A stretch of DNA of 64,000 nt, from NCBI GenBank assembly GCA_963736855.1, contig CAVTQK010000015.1, positions 512,001 to 576,000 on the forward strand, read 5' to 3'. Position numbers and translations under genes: made by a program. This DNA comes from an uncultured delta proteobacterium. Its GTDB lineage: Bacteria > Desulfobacterota > Desulfobacteria > Desulfobacterales > UBA2156. Shown here piece by piece: positions 27,283 through 37,290 of this stretch (position 1 is its first letter; every line of letters starts with the position of its first letter). The notes beneath the pieces are model-generated. The model was not told the DNA's origin. It saw only the letters and a program-made list of their open reading frames with translations, and searched no databases.

Positions 27283-29052
27283 CTATTTAATGCGAATCAC
27301 CCGAAATCCGATATGATTGGAACGACCCGATTCCAGGTATTTGCCACGACCTGATACTCTGCATCGATTCAACGTGCTGAGCCAGGATCCTCCCCGGTGG
27401 ACGCGGTAACCCTCTCCCACGATTATTTCAGGATCAAGAGAGGCATGCATGGAATAAGCGTTTTCCTGATAGAAATCGCGGCACCATTCCCAAACATTCC
27501 CGCACATGTCAAACAATCCCAGATGATTTGGCTTTTTTTTACCCACAGGTTGCGTGGATCCATTGGAATTGTCGATATACCAGGCCAATTCATCGACATG
27601 AATCCCTCCGGCATAGGGTTCCTGTTTTCCGCAACTGCCGGCCGCATACTCCCATTGCGCCTCAGAAGGCAGTGAAAACAGATTGGGATGATTATTTTTT
27701 TGTGAAAGCCGTTTCAGAAAGGCCGTGGCTTCCAACCAGGAAACCTGCTCCACAGGGTAGTCATTTCCGAGTTTAAAGCATGAGGGGTTCGTCCCCATGA
27801 TTTTTTTCCATTGTCCCTGTGTCACTGGGTATCTGCCCATCCAGAATCCGAAAATCCTCACTTTGTGTAATGGAAGCTCATTTTCAAATCCCTGCTCGCT
27901 CCGCTTTCCACATCCCATTTCGAAACGTCCATCCGGCACCCAGATAAAATCCATGCCGGTATAAGGTTCCGACCAATGATGGGGATCTGAGGGGGATAAA
28001 GCACGAGCGAGGGCATGGGTATCCATATGCACCCGATTTCCTTGAGTATTGAAGATAGAAGCGTCGATTTCCTTTTGATTGATGTCGGAAACGGCAACCT
28101 TTTTCTCATAGGCCGTCAATCCATTGGATGCATGCCGGTTATCGGTGAGATGCTGCAAAATATCCTGAAAATGAGTCGGCCTTCTGGTGGGCTCGAATTC
28201 AAGGCATTGCCGGATCAGAGCCTTGAATTCTCCAGGAATATCATGTCTGTTAAAATGGATTCCTTTATCTCTGATGGCGTGGAAACGCTTGACAAAGTCC
28301 ATATCTTCATAAGGGAGTTTACCTTCGAAAGCAAAATATAAAATAAGCCCGAATGAGAAAATGGTTGAGGAGATACCCGGTTTTACACTTCGCAAAATCA
28401 GCTCAGGGGCTGTCCAATTCGGAGTTAATTGCAGATGAGCGGTCGTCGATATACTTCCCAGTCGTTTGATTCCTCCCAGGTCTCCAATGTAAAGCTTGTT
28501 GTTATGATCAATGAGCAGATTGGATGGTTTCAGATCCGTAATCACGAAGGCATCCGGATTATTATGGTAAAGTCGGTCCATGACGCGGGCCAGATCCCGG
28601 ATGAGTTGTCTTATTGTAACCAGTGGAACAGGATAGCGATTCACAACGTAGTTGAGCAGGTTATCGGGATAATACGCCATAAGAATAACCAGGTACGCCC
28701 GGACGGTCTGATCCGAGATCTGTTTGCCGACCAGATGAAAATCAAGAACCTCTATGACACCTTCACCCTTTATAGATTCGTAGTATTTTCTTACGGCTTG
28801 AAAGTCGTGGGAGATTTTCGAATTCAGATCATGTCCGGTTGATAACGTGATTGATCGCTCGGCAGCGAGGGGAACGATTTTTACTGCCCGTGATTTGAAT
28901 TCATCCTGCAACTGGTATACAGCGCCATAAACTCCCTCGCCTATTTTTTTGACGATATTATAAGTAGGAAGGCATTGGTGAATCACCATCTCTATGGGGA
29001 AATTTCCATCGATCACGTTATTTGAAATATTTATATTTGATTGAAAGTTCAT
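27283..29052 (-). CDS. Ser/Thr protein kinase fused to an FGE-sulfatase (SUMF1) domain
   Basis: IGEGVYGAVY, AVK, DLKPSNLL, DLG, APE; C-terminal LPSEAQWEYAA, GLFDMCGNVWEW, RGGSW, GFR. Confidence 0.88.
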   Translation of the reverse strand: MNFQSNINISNNVIDGNFPIEMVIHQCLPTYNIVKKIGEGVYGAVYQLQDEFKSRAVKIVPLAAERSITLSTGHDLNSKISHDFQAVRKYYESIKGEGVIEVLDFHLVGKQISDQTVRAYLVILMAYYPDNLLNYVVNRYPVPLVTIRQLIRDLARVMDRLYHNNPDAFVITDLKPSNLLIDHNNKLYIGDLGGIKRLGSISTTAHLQLTPNWTAPELILRSVKPGISSTIFSFGLILYFAFEGKLPYEDMDFVKRFHAIRDKGIHFNRHDIPGEFKALIRQCLEFEPTRRPTHFQDILQHLTDNRHASNGLTAYEKKVAVSDINQKEIDASIFNTQGNRVHMDTHALARALSPSDPHHWSEPYTGMDFIWVPDGRFEMGCGKRSEQGFENELPLHKVRIFGFWMGRYPVTQGQWKKIMGTNPSCFKLGNDYPVEQVSWLEATAFLKRLSQKNNHPNLFSLPSEAQWEYAAGSCGKQEPYAGGIHVDELAWYIDNSNGSTQPVGKKKPNHLGLFDMCGNVWEWCRDFYQENAYSMHASLDPEIIVGEGYRVHRGGSWLSTLNRCRVSGRGKYLESGRSNHIGFRVIRIK

Positions 29053-29366
29053 GTCCGATAGAAGATTAATTGATAAGAAAACGCTTATTTGGTCTGAGCC
29101 TTGCTGAATAATGGAATGGTGTTTAACCGCTATACATACCCCAAGATATGGGGATATTCAGTTCTTAAGGCTTATAAATTTTTTTTACCACGATGGAGCG
29201 TACGCTGTCAAGCCGGATTTTTCGGGCATTTTGTTGAAATTTTAGCAGCCTTGGAGAACACTTCACTAACAAACTGCCGGTTAGGAGGGGTTAATCATGA
29301 AGGCATCATTTTTTTATCCCTGCATCTCTTCCCCCAGCAGGGAACTGGGTCGGCGTTTGAACGACT

Positions 29367-30650
29367 TTAGCTCTTGACCGTGCATGTTTTTTTTTGGCGG
29401 ATGACACAAGCGACTATCATCAGGCCGATGCCGGTGATCCCGGCGGCCAGCGCAAAAGAGATGCGATAAGAAAGTGCTTCGGGGATACCCCGAGTCATGA
29501 GCAGATCCGCCGCCGGTCCGACGATAAGGGTCCCGGCCAGTCCCCAGCTTAAGAAAAATGTGGCGTTGAAGACGCCGAAGAAACGGGCTCGGGTTTGGGG
29601 TGAGATCAGCGCTGCGGCCAGGGCATACGATGAGGACATGATGATGACATCCGAGGCCCCTTTCAGGAAATTACTCAGGTAAATCAGCTTGAGGTTCAAG
29701 GTCGCCGAAAGGAGTATCAGGGAGGCGATGGCTAGAACCGTTCCGAGGATCAGGGCGGTTCGATTCTGGATTCGGCGCCCGATCCATCCGGTTGAAAACC
29801 CTGTCAGGATGATGGCTGCCGATTGCATATTGACGATATTGGAAAGCTCACGGCTTGAGACGCCGAAGGTGGAATCCATCACCAGGTATTGAGTCTGAAT
29901 AACCATGATGGAATTACGCCCGAAGTTGATGCATGCCATTGCCAAGATGAAAAAGAAGAAGACGAAGAGTTCTGAGTGGTCGAATTGCGCTTCGGTCCGT
30001 GTCGGGTCAGCAGATTCCCGGCTAATTCCTCCCTCGGGAACCCACCGCAAAGGAAGGATTGAAAGTAGCATGACCGCCGAAGCTATAAAGAAAAGCGATC
30101 CTTCATGAAATCCCCATCCATTGTACCGCAGTCCCAGCCCGTCGTAGAGCAGTCCTCCGATCCAGATCCCGACCATCCGGCCTAACCCGCCAAGGCTGGC
30201 CAGCCTTCCCTGGACGGCAATCCGCTCCTTTTGGGGATAGATGTCCGATATGAGTGCGCTCCATCCCACATTCGACATGGACCAGAAAATTTCCACGAGG
30301 GTCAACCCGAATATGACGGCGTATCCGGATCCCCGCATCGACTCGGGGAACCGGTGAGCATACCAGACCAGGGCTGTGCCTAAAGCCGCCAGGAATTCTC
30401 CCCATAAAATCAGGGAGCGCCGGACCTGAAAGCGATCCGAGACAGGTCCCCATACGAGAGTCTGGCATAACACATTGGCGATCATGGGAAGGGTCGCAAA
30501 GAGGGTCGTTTCCGTAACCGAAAGACCCAGGAAATGGCGCAGGTAAATGGATAGATACGAATAAAAAAGACCTCGCCGGAACATGGCCATCATCTCAAAT
30601 GAAGACAGGCCATAAAAAATTTTTCTGCCACCGGTCGGATATGCGCTCAT
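29367..30650 (-). CDS. MFS transporter
   Basis: About 12 TM; WGPVSDRFQVRR motif-A-like segment. Confidence 0.8.
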   Translation of the reverse strand: MSAYPTGGRKIFYGLSSFEMMAMFRRGLFYSYLSIYLRHFLGLSVTETTLFATLPMIANVLCQTLVWGPVSDRFQVRRSLILWGEFLAALGTALVWYAHRFPESMRGSGYAVIFGLTLVEIFWSMSNVGWSALISDIYPQKERIAVQGRLASLGGLGRMVGIWIGGLLYDGLGLRYNGWGFHEGSLFFIASAVMLLSILPLRWVPEGGISRESADPTRTEAQFDHSELFVFFFFILAMACINFGRNSIMVIQTQYLVMDSTFGVSSRELSNIVNMQSAAIILTGFSTGWIGRRIQNRTALILGTVLAIASLILLSATLNLKLIYLSNFLKGASDVIIMSSSYALAAALISPQTRARFFGVFNATFFLSWGLAGTLIVGPAADLLMTRGIPEALSYRISFALAAGITGIGLMIVACVIRQKKTCTVKS

Positions 30651-30795
30651 AAATGATTTTTCTTCGGTTTTCTCGATTAAAGCCTCCGGGATAATGACCG
30701 AAATCTTGACTAAGGAGGTTGAAATTCATATACAATAGATGCGCTTTTCAAGAAAGGTTTTGCATCAAGAATTTAGATCCATGCGGGGTTATGGA

Positions 30796-30996
30796 ATGCA
30801 AAAAAACCTGATCATCGTCGGCCTGCTCATCCTTTTTGCCGGGATCCTTTGGCCATACCTGGAAAAAATTCCGCTGGGACGTCTGCAAGGAGATATCGTT
30901 ATCACCCGGCCGAATCTGAAGATCTACATTCCCGTTGCGACGATGATCGTTATCAGCATTATCGTTTCCATTGTTTTGTGGATTTTTCGGAGATGA
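30796..30996 (+). CDS. Small membrane protein (DUF2905-like)
   Basis: LGRLQGDI...IYIPVATMIVISII. Confidence 0.75.
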   Translation: MQKNLIIVGLLILFAGILWPYLEKIPLGRLQGDIVITRPNLKIYIPVATMIVISIIVSIVLWIFRR

Positions 30997-31143
30997 CTGA
31001 ATTATAAACCTTGCACTATGGCACTATCGTGGGAGGGCGGAAGGATGCCGATCGCTTCCAGAAGGCGCTTTCCGGAAAAGTGGATGTGATGATCCTGTAG
31101 TCGGGATTCCTTTCGCTTCCCGAACCGATAAACGGGCTGGGTG

Positions 31144-31866
31144 TCACTTCAGTTCGAAGCGGATGGGAACCCGAACCCACATGCCCACCGGACGATCTCC
31201 GATCATCCCCGGCTCGAAAACCCAGGCGCCCACGGCTTGAAGGGCCGCCCGGTCCAGCACCCCGTGACCGCTCGATTTAAAGATTTTGACCTGCTCGACT
31301 TTGCCATTTGAATCCACGAGGACCTCCAGGAGGACGCTTCCCTCGACTCCTCTTCTCCTTGCTGATCCCGGGTAAGGGGGCGGAGGGTTTTCCCGATAAG
31401 CCGGCCGTGCTTCCTTAATAGTTATCGGTTTAGCGGGCAATGCTGTCGCAAGTTCCTGAACCGACGATTCATGCAAGATGACCGGCGAGGCTTCGACCGC
31501 TTTTCCCGGTATGGTCGTTGTATGGCCATAAAGCGGCTTCACCGGCTCGGTCTGCAAGCGTTCAGGCTCCGGGGTGGACTCCGAAAGCAGGGTCTCTTGG
31601 ACCGCTTTTTGAGGAAGCGGTTCCGGTATTATGGGCCGGACCGGCTGCCGAACTTTGTGCGGCTCGGATTTATTGATGGGCTGTGCAAGGGGGTTCTCAG
31701 CGGACTCGGATAATGACTTCGGTGGGGAGGTGTAAGATAGGGTGACCGTGAGATGCCGGGGCAGCCGGAGATCCGTTTTTTGTCTTGCCGACAGATTCAG
31801 ATCTGAAAAAAGAAAAAGCCCATGGATGCCAAGGGAAACAAAAAAAGCTGCAGCGAGGCGTTTCAC
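31144..31866 (-). CDS. tonB: Energy transducer TonB
   Basis: N-terminal TM with SxxxH, Pro-rich linker, YPGSARRRGVEGSV...SSGHGVLDRAA. Confidence 0.9.
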   Translation of the reverse strand: MKRLAAAFFVSLGIHGLFLFSDLNLSARQKTDLRLPRHLTVTLSYTSPPKSLSESAENPLAQPINKSEPHKVRQPVRPIIPEPLPQKAVQETLLSESTPEPERLQTEPVKPLYGHTTTIPGKAVEASPVILHESSVQELATALPAKPITIKEARPAYRENPPPPYPGSARRRGVEGSVLLEVLVDSNGKVEQVKIFKSSGHGVLDRAALQAVGAWVFEPGMIGDRPVGMWVRVPIRFELK

Positions 31867-32273
31867 GGCCTTTTTTCCGCCTCTGCCTGCAAGGAGATTT
31901 TCTGGAGGCCCGCCATCCGGATCCGATCCAGCACTGAAAAGAGTTTTTGGTAAGGAAGCGTGTTTTCGGCAAACAGGAGCACTCCCGGATCCGGATTTTC
32001 CATAGCCTTTGCCCTCAATTTTTCAGTCAGTTCTTCATATAGAACCGGTTCCTTGTCCACGAACAAGGAGCCATCGGATTTGACCGTGACGGTCAGGATC
32101 GTCTTTCGATCCATCTGAGTTGTGGAGGAGATGGGGAGCACTACGGGAACACCCCGATGTATCGCCATAGAGAGCATGCCGTAGATGAAAAAAACGAGGA
32201 CCAAAAAGATCATGTCGATGAGCGGTATCATCTCAATTCTGGGCTTCTTATTTACATATTGTGGCAGTTTCAT
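31863..32273 (-). CDS. exbD: Biopolymer transport protein ExbD
   Basis: IEMIPLIDMIFLVLVFF. Confidence 0.9.
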   Translation of the reverse strand: MKLPQYVNKKPRIEMIPLIDMIFLVLVFFIYGMLSMAIHRGVPVVLPISSTTQMDRKTILTVTVKSDGSLFVDKEPVLYEELTEKLRAKAMENPDPGVLLFAENTLPYQKLFSVLDRIRMAGLQKISLQAEAEKRP

Positions 32274-32902
32274 CTAAGGGGCCTCTCTGTCGGATCCATC
32301 TTTTTAGGAAGCTTCTCATAGACGATCTCGAGGCTGGTGGCGTATTTTTCGATAGCGATGGCGGCGCTTTCCACCCGGGAGTTGAAGTAGTTGTAAGGGA
32401 AGATGGAGAAAATGGCGATTCCCAGACCGGCGGCGGTGGTGATGAGGGCTTCGGCGATTCCGGCGGTGACCATCTGGGGATTCTCGATACCGGAGGTCCC
32501 CAGGACATCAAAGGAATGAATGATACCGGTGACCGTCCCGAGGATGCCCAATAAAGGAGCGACGGTGATGAGGGTGTCTAGGATGCTCATGAAGCGCCGC
32601 ATCTGCTTCAGTTCATCGGCGGCTGTGGCTTCCATGGCCTTACTCATGGAGAATTCCCGGTGCAGGATGCCGCTGACCAGGATGCGGATGATATAATCTT
32701 TGGATCCTGTCACTTTTCCTTTGACGCTTTCCCAGTTTCCCACCCGGCAAAGTTCCAGGACTTCATTCACCAGGGCTTGATTCCGCCGGATATCCAGTTG
32801 AATCCAATAGATCAGGCGTTCAATTACCACCGTCAGCATAATCAGAGAGCAGGCTAAAAGGGGGTACATGACCGGCCCCCCGCTTTGAAACAGGGCTATC
32901 AT
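32270..32902 (-). CDS. exbB: MotA/TolQ/ExbB proton channel
   Basis: APLLGILGTVTGII, GIAEALITTAAGL. Confidence 0.9.
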   Translation of the reverse strand: MIALFQSGGPVMYPLLACSLIMLTVVIERLIYWIQLDIRRNQALVNEVLELCRVGNWESVKGKVTGSKDYIIRILVSGILHREFSMSKAMEATAADELKQMRRFMSILDTLITVAPLLGILGTVTGIIHSFDVLGTSGIENPQMVTAGIAEALITTAAGLGIAIFSIFPYNYFNSRVESAAIAIEKYATSLEIVYEKLPKKMDPTERPLR

Positions 32903-33040
32903 GGCAATTTATTCCCATCGTTTTTGAAGGTGAATCATCGGTCGCCTTAAAACAAAACCTTAGGTCTTATTATGGATCCCATACCGGATTTTCCCGTTTC
33001 CTTCAAGGCATCGGCCAGGCCTCCGGGTCATCTGAAACAG

Positions 33041-33072
33041 GAAATGCCGGGCAGGTGAGACCCGGCATTTTC
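33041..33072. terminator. Hairpin downstream of the TonB-dependent receptor gene
   Basis: GAAATGCCGGG-caggtgaga-CCCGGCATTTTC. Confidence 0.55.
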
Positions 33073-33091
33073 GCATGCATCTCAGCGGAGA

Positions 33092-35140
33092 TTAGAACTC
33101 GTAGCCGAGTTTGACAAAAATGGAGCGTCCGGCCCCCGGAAACCCTTCAAGGGTCGTTTCGCCGGTTGAAAAATTATAAAAAGGACTCAGGTAAGTGTCA
33201 TATTCCTCATCCAAAAGATTGTTTGCGGATAAAGAAACGAGCCAGTGCTCGAAGACACGTTGGGTGAGCCGAAGATCCATGGTCCAATAAGCATCCAGCG
33301 TTCCCGTGGGCTCGGTAAGCGTCTTGTCGGACCCGTAATAGAGGCGATCTCCCATGTACCGTAACGTCAGCTGGGTGGTCAGTCCGAAGCTTGCCCTATG
33401 CGTGAGGGTCCCTTTGAATTGATGCTCAGGCGTGTAGGTCGCCTGTCGGGTGACGAATGCATTTTCTTCCTCTGCATCCGTATAAGTATAAGACAGTCCA
33501 AAGGTCATGTTCTGATAAGGACCGATATTCAGTCCGGCTTCCCAACCGGTTCCTTCGAAACGATCCAGATTAACGGGCCTGTAATGCCAGTTGTCATCAG
33601 GTTGCCATTGGATCTTGTCGTTGACGTCCCACTCAAAGTACGTCAAAAATGCAAAGATCCGGTCTTTCCAGAATCGGTGCTCCACCGTGGCGTCCGAGTG
33701 CCAGCCGGTTTCGGGTTTCAAGTCGGGATTTCCCTCAAGGGAATAAAATCCGAAATCCTGGTTGGGCCAGAATAGATCGTTGGGGGTAGGGGCCAAAAAG
33801 TGCTTCCCGTGACTGATTTTAATGGCGGTGCGGTCCCCGGCGTTGATGACCGCACCGAAAAGGGGAAGATTTTCGGTACCGAATGTGGAATGCTTTTCCT
33901 GCCGCACGCCGGCCAGGGCTTTGAAATAATCACAGGGCCGATACTGAGCCTCCATGTACAGACCCGTGGTATGCAAATCGGCATCGAAAGAGTTCCGGGA
34001 AGCGGGCGCTTCACCACCTCCGGCGGTGAGATTCACGCTGTCGTTTTCCCAGCTGTAATTTTTATGATCCATTCCTACCAGGACTGTGGCGCCTTTGAAT
34101 AGCCGGATATTGGCATTGGCTTCTATGCCGCGCACCGCGTTGGTCACCTTCAGTTGCGTGCCGGCCAAGTCGTTGTTGGAATCGACATACCAGTCCAAGT
34201 CCTCATTTTCCAGTTGAGTGTAATCCCCCCTCGCGTTCAGAGTCAGCCAGTCCAAGGGGCGGCTTTTGAGCTGAAGGATCAGATGACTGTCTTTGTCGTT
34301 TCCTTCGGCCAGAAGGTTGGCGGCATCGGCATCGTAGAACTTAACCCCTCCGACAAAGAAATCCTGAGTTCCATCAGGAGGCTGGACACCGGGACGTCCG
34401 TATTCCCGGTCAATATAGTCTCCATAGAGGCTCATGTTCAGAACGTCTCCTTTGTCCCAGACCAGCTTCAGAGAAACGTCGTTGTGGGTCAAGTCGCTGT
34501 TTTCTCTGAAACCGTCGGTTTCTCTGCGACCGGCGGTCAGGTAATAGCCGAAGTCGCCGAAGAAAAACATGCCGGATTCCGCTGTCAGCTCATAGGTATT
34601 CTGGGTGCCGTATCCGGCGCCGGCTTTCAGATCGACCTGATCTCTCCTGGGGCTCTTCGTGATGATGTTGACGGTTCCCCCCATGGCGCCGGATCCGTAA
34701 AGGAGGGACCCGGAGCCCTTAACCACCTCCACCCGCTCGATATTGTTGAGGGGAACCTTGCTGACATCGGCTGTGCCCAGGGAAGGAGAGGCGATGTTTA
34801 CCCCGTTGAGTAGGACCTGGGTGCCGTTGGCGCTCATTCCTCGGATTTGGATGGTTTCAGAGGCACCTCCGTAATCCCCATAAGTCCTCCAGTCGACCCC
34901 GGGTTCATTGGCCAGCAGTTCTCCCATGCTCTTGGCGGGACTTTCTTCGATGTCGAGCGAGTCCATGAGAATTACAGAGTTGGGTATGTCTTTTCTCTTT
35001 TCCTCGGTTTTCGTGGCACTGACCACCACCTCTTCCAGAACGCTCGGCACGGAATCGTCTTTCGGATTCCGGGGCTCCGCCGCCATTGCACCGGAGACCA
35101 TGAGAATCAGTGCGACCGCCGTCCACCCATGTTTTTTCAT
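33092..35140 (-). CDS. btuB: TonB-dependent receptor, probable cobalamin transporter
   Basis: TonB box EEVVVSA, plug IERVEVVKGSGSLLYGSGAMGG, C-terminal YEF; lies downstream of a cobalamin riboswitch. Confidence 0.85.
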   Translation of the reverse strand: MKKHGWTAVALILMVSGAMAAEPRNPKDDSVPSVLEEVVVSATKTEEKRKDIPNSVILMDSLDIEESPAKSMGELLANEPGVDWRTYGDYGGASETIQIRGMSANGTQVLLNGVNIASPSLGTADVSKVPLNNIERVEVVKGSGSLLYGSGAMGGTVNIITKSPRRDQVDLKAGAGYGTQNTYELTAESGMFFFGDFGYYLTAGRRETDGFRENSDLTHNDVSLKLVWDKGDVLNMSLYGDYIDREYGRPGVQPPDGTQDFFVGGVKFYDADAANLLAEGNDKDSHLILQLKSRPLDWLTLNARGDYTQLENEDLDWYVDSNNDLAGTQLKVTNAVRGIEANANIRLFKGATVLVGMDHKNYSWENDSVNLTAGGGEAPASRNSFDADLHTTGLYMEAQYRPCDYFKALAGVRQEKHSTFGTENLPLFGAVINAGDRTAIKISHGKHFLAPTPNDLFWPNQDFGFYSLEGNPDLKPETGWHSDATVEHRFWKDRIFAFLTYFEWDVNDKIQWQPDDNWHYRPVNLDRFEGTGWEAGLNIGPYQNMTFGLSYTYTDAEEENAFVTRQATYTPEHQFKGTLTHRASFGLTTQLTLRYMGDRLYYGSDKTLTEPTGTLDAYWTMDLRLTQRVFEHWLVSLSANNLLDEEYDTYLSPFYNFSTGETTLEGFPGAGRSIFVKLGYEF

Positions 35141-35180
35141 CTTTTCCTCCTATGGCAAAAACCGTTCATTCCGGGTCCGG

Positions 35181-35225
35181 AATAAAAAATCCCCGGACCG
35201 ACATTTTCTCGATCCGGGGATTTTC
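35181..35225 (-). terminator. Intrinsic terminator in the riboswitch expression platform
   Basis: Minus strand AAAAATCCCCGGATCG...CGGTCCGGGGATTTTTTATT between the aptamer and the btuB start. Confidence 0.7.
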
Positions 35226-35282
35226 CCTTTTTGAATCCTGAGATCATTTGGTGCATTTTTTTCCTCGAAAAAGGCACCTTTT

Positions 35283-35447
35283 GTTCAGGCAGGTCTTCTG
35301 ACTTACGGATCTTCCTACTTGCCGCGCCTTCCCATTTCCATCATGCGCGAAACAGTGGCGTCTGCGGCGTTCGTCCCCGATCACAGCGGCGGGCCCGTCC
35401 CCTATTTACAAGGGGTTCCCTTTTCAGCTCTAAGGAGCACCCGAACG
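35283..35447 (-). ncRNA. Cobalamin (AdoCbl) riboswitch
   Basis: Minus strand GGTGC...AAAAGGGAA-CCCC-TTGTAAATA-GGGG-ACGGGCCCGCCGCTGT...GCCACTG...TGGGAAGGC...AGTCAGAAGACCTGCC (B12 box). Confidence 0.93.
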
Positions 35448-35657
35448 ATCACCCCTTTAGATGGGGAAAAGCAGAAAGTCAATCGATTTTTAAACCTCTC
35501 TTTCGACTCGATCGAAACCGGTGGTTTTTTGAGCGGGCGGTTTTAATACCAAGGGGCGGTTTGATTATATCAAAATGCCTATAAACATGGAACCGATGCG
35601 ACAACATCCCTGTCTAGAGAAGGCGATCTGTCGGGCCTCTATAAGAACAGTTTTCAT

Positions 35658-35687
35658 GAAACGGCGGGCTTGCAAGCCCGCCGTTTC
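35658..35687. terminator. Perfect hairpin directly after the response-regulator stop codon
   Basis: GAAACGGCGGGCTTGCAAGCCCGCCGTTTC. Confidence 0.55.
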
Positions 35688-35689
35688 GA

Positions 35690-36580
35690 TTATCGAAGGG
35701 TCAACAGGTGCGTCCTCAGGTTACCGCCCCTCTTCTTCAGGCCGAGTTTCCTTCGGATATGGTTTCGATGTGCGTCGATGGTCCGCTTGGACAATTCGAA
35801 GATTTCGGCGATTTCCTTGGTGCTTCTTCCCTGTTTGATCAGGTTGGCGATCTGGACTTCCTTGGGTGTAAGGTTTACGTACTTCGTGGATAGGGTATGG
35901 CCGAAAGGAGAGATGATCTCCGTGAGGGACATCTCAACGATTTCCACAAAAGTTTGCTGGCTGGAATCGAGCTTGGTGACTTTGAGCTTTTCCAGGTAGG
36001 GCTGTACCATCCGTTTGACATTGAGGAGGATCTTTTCCTCAAGCTCATTTTTGTCATCTTCCCGCTTCTTGAGAATGGTTTTGAGGGCGGTGTTGGTGTC
36101 TTCAAGGTTCATCGTTCTGGTTTTAAGCTCTTCAGTGCGTTCCTGGACCATCTCTTCCAACCGGTTCCGTTCCGTTCTTAGGGATTCTTCGCTCTCTTTC
36201 AGTTTTCGCTCCAGTTCGATGCGCTGCAGCGCGATTTCCACCGTCGCCTTGACCTGGTAATCATGGAACGGTTTAAGAATATAACCCACAATCTGCAGCG
36301 ACTTGGCTTGTTCCAGCCATTTCTCATCATCATGAGCCGTGATGAAAATGATAGGAATATCGGACTTGGCCTGTATCTTTTTAGCGGCTTGAATCCCGTT
36401 CATTCCTCCCGGCAAGATGATATCCATCAAGATCAGTTCCGGTTTGTATTTTTTGGCCATCTCGACGGCTTCTTTTCCGGACATGGCCCGGCCCACCACT
36501 TCATATCCCATGGATTCCAACGTTCCCTCAAGCTGGAGTCCGATTATCGCCTCGTCTTCAACAATAAGCAATTTACTCAC
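35690..36580 (-). CDS. Response regulator: REC + coiled coil + LuxR HTH
   Basis: IVEDE, LMDI, ITAH, KP; LTPKEVQIANLIKQGRSTKEIA...TIDAHRNHIRRKLG. Confidence 0.9.
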   Translation of the reverse strand: MSKLLIVEDEAIIGLQLEGTLESMGYEVVGRAMSGKEAVEMAKKYKPELILMDIILPGGMNGIQAAKKIQAKSDIPIIFITAHDDEKWLEQAKSLQIVGYILKPFHDYQVKATVEIALQRIELERKLKESEESLRTERNRLEEMVQERTEELKTRTMNLEDTNTALKTILKKREDDKNELEEKILLNVKRMVQPYLEKLKVTKLDSSQQTFVEIVEMSLTEIISPFGHTLSTKYVNLTPKEVQIANLIKQGRSTKEIAEIFELSKRTIDAHRNHIRRKLGLKKRGGNLRTHLLTLR

Positions 36581-36849
36581 GGTTCAATCCTCTCTGTTTA
36601 AATATTTTGTCAATTTAAATACCTCAAAAAGCTCGGGCTTCTATTTGGTATCAATGAGTATAAATAAATTTGTTTTACTAACATAATGAATGCATCTTTA
36701 CAATATTTTTGTAGAATGTCAATAGATCAGAAAAGAATGCAGCTGTTTTTTTATCGTTTATCCCATTTTAACCCGTTTTACGGTTTTTAACTCCACCTCC
36801 ACCGCGCTATTCGAATAATCAGGGAACCTCTACTTTAACTAAATTGAGC

Positions 36850-36951
36850 GATTTTCGAATTTGCCGCAGATGCAAGGCGTCCGGAAGCGAAGGCGTACAA
36901 TTCGTACGTCGAGCTTTCGGCAACGCAGCAGATGCGGTGAAATCGGAAATC
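36850..36951. repeat. Long imperfect hairpin (REP/MITE-like element)
   Basis: GATTTTCGAATTTGCCGCA pairs with TGCGGTGAAATCGGAAATC; inner CCGGAAGC/GCTTTCGG and GGCGTAC/GTACGTC. Confidence 0.55.
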
Positions 36952-37290
36952 CCAAAGGGTTTTCAATTCGGCAAATCATTTCACTGCATAACTTTTATGG
37001 TACACCCGATGGGTGGGCAATTGGAAGGGTCAACTCCGTTCCAACACAAAGATATTCAAACACAATTCACTTTTGCCGAATTGAAAACGATCAATTTGAG
37101 CTTAAGCAGGTTTCTGCTTTTAACGACATGAAAATAATTCGAATGAAGGAGGAGGTTATTTAGCTGAGCAATTGAGTATGATTTTGACAATTACGCAGAT
37201 TTGTTTTATTTTCTAAAATATTAAAGAGTTATAAACGCTATAAACAGCAAGGCTTTTCAAGGAAATTACCTGAAATCAGGAGATCAGATC

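Noticed and set aside
29101..29370. 89-aa ORF between the kinase and MFS genes
   Set aside because: No motif or clear RBS; probably promoter-containing intergenic DNA.
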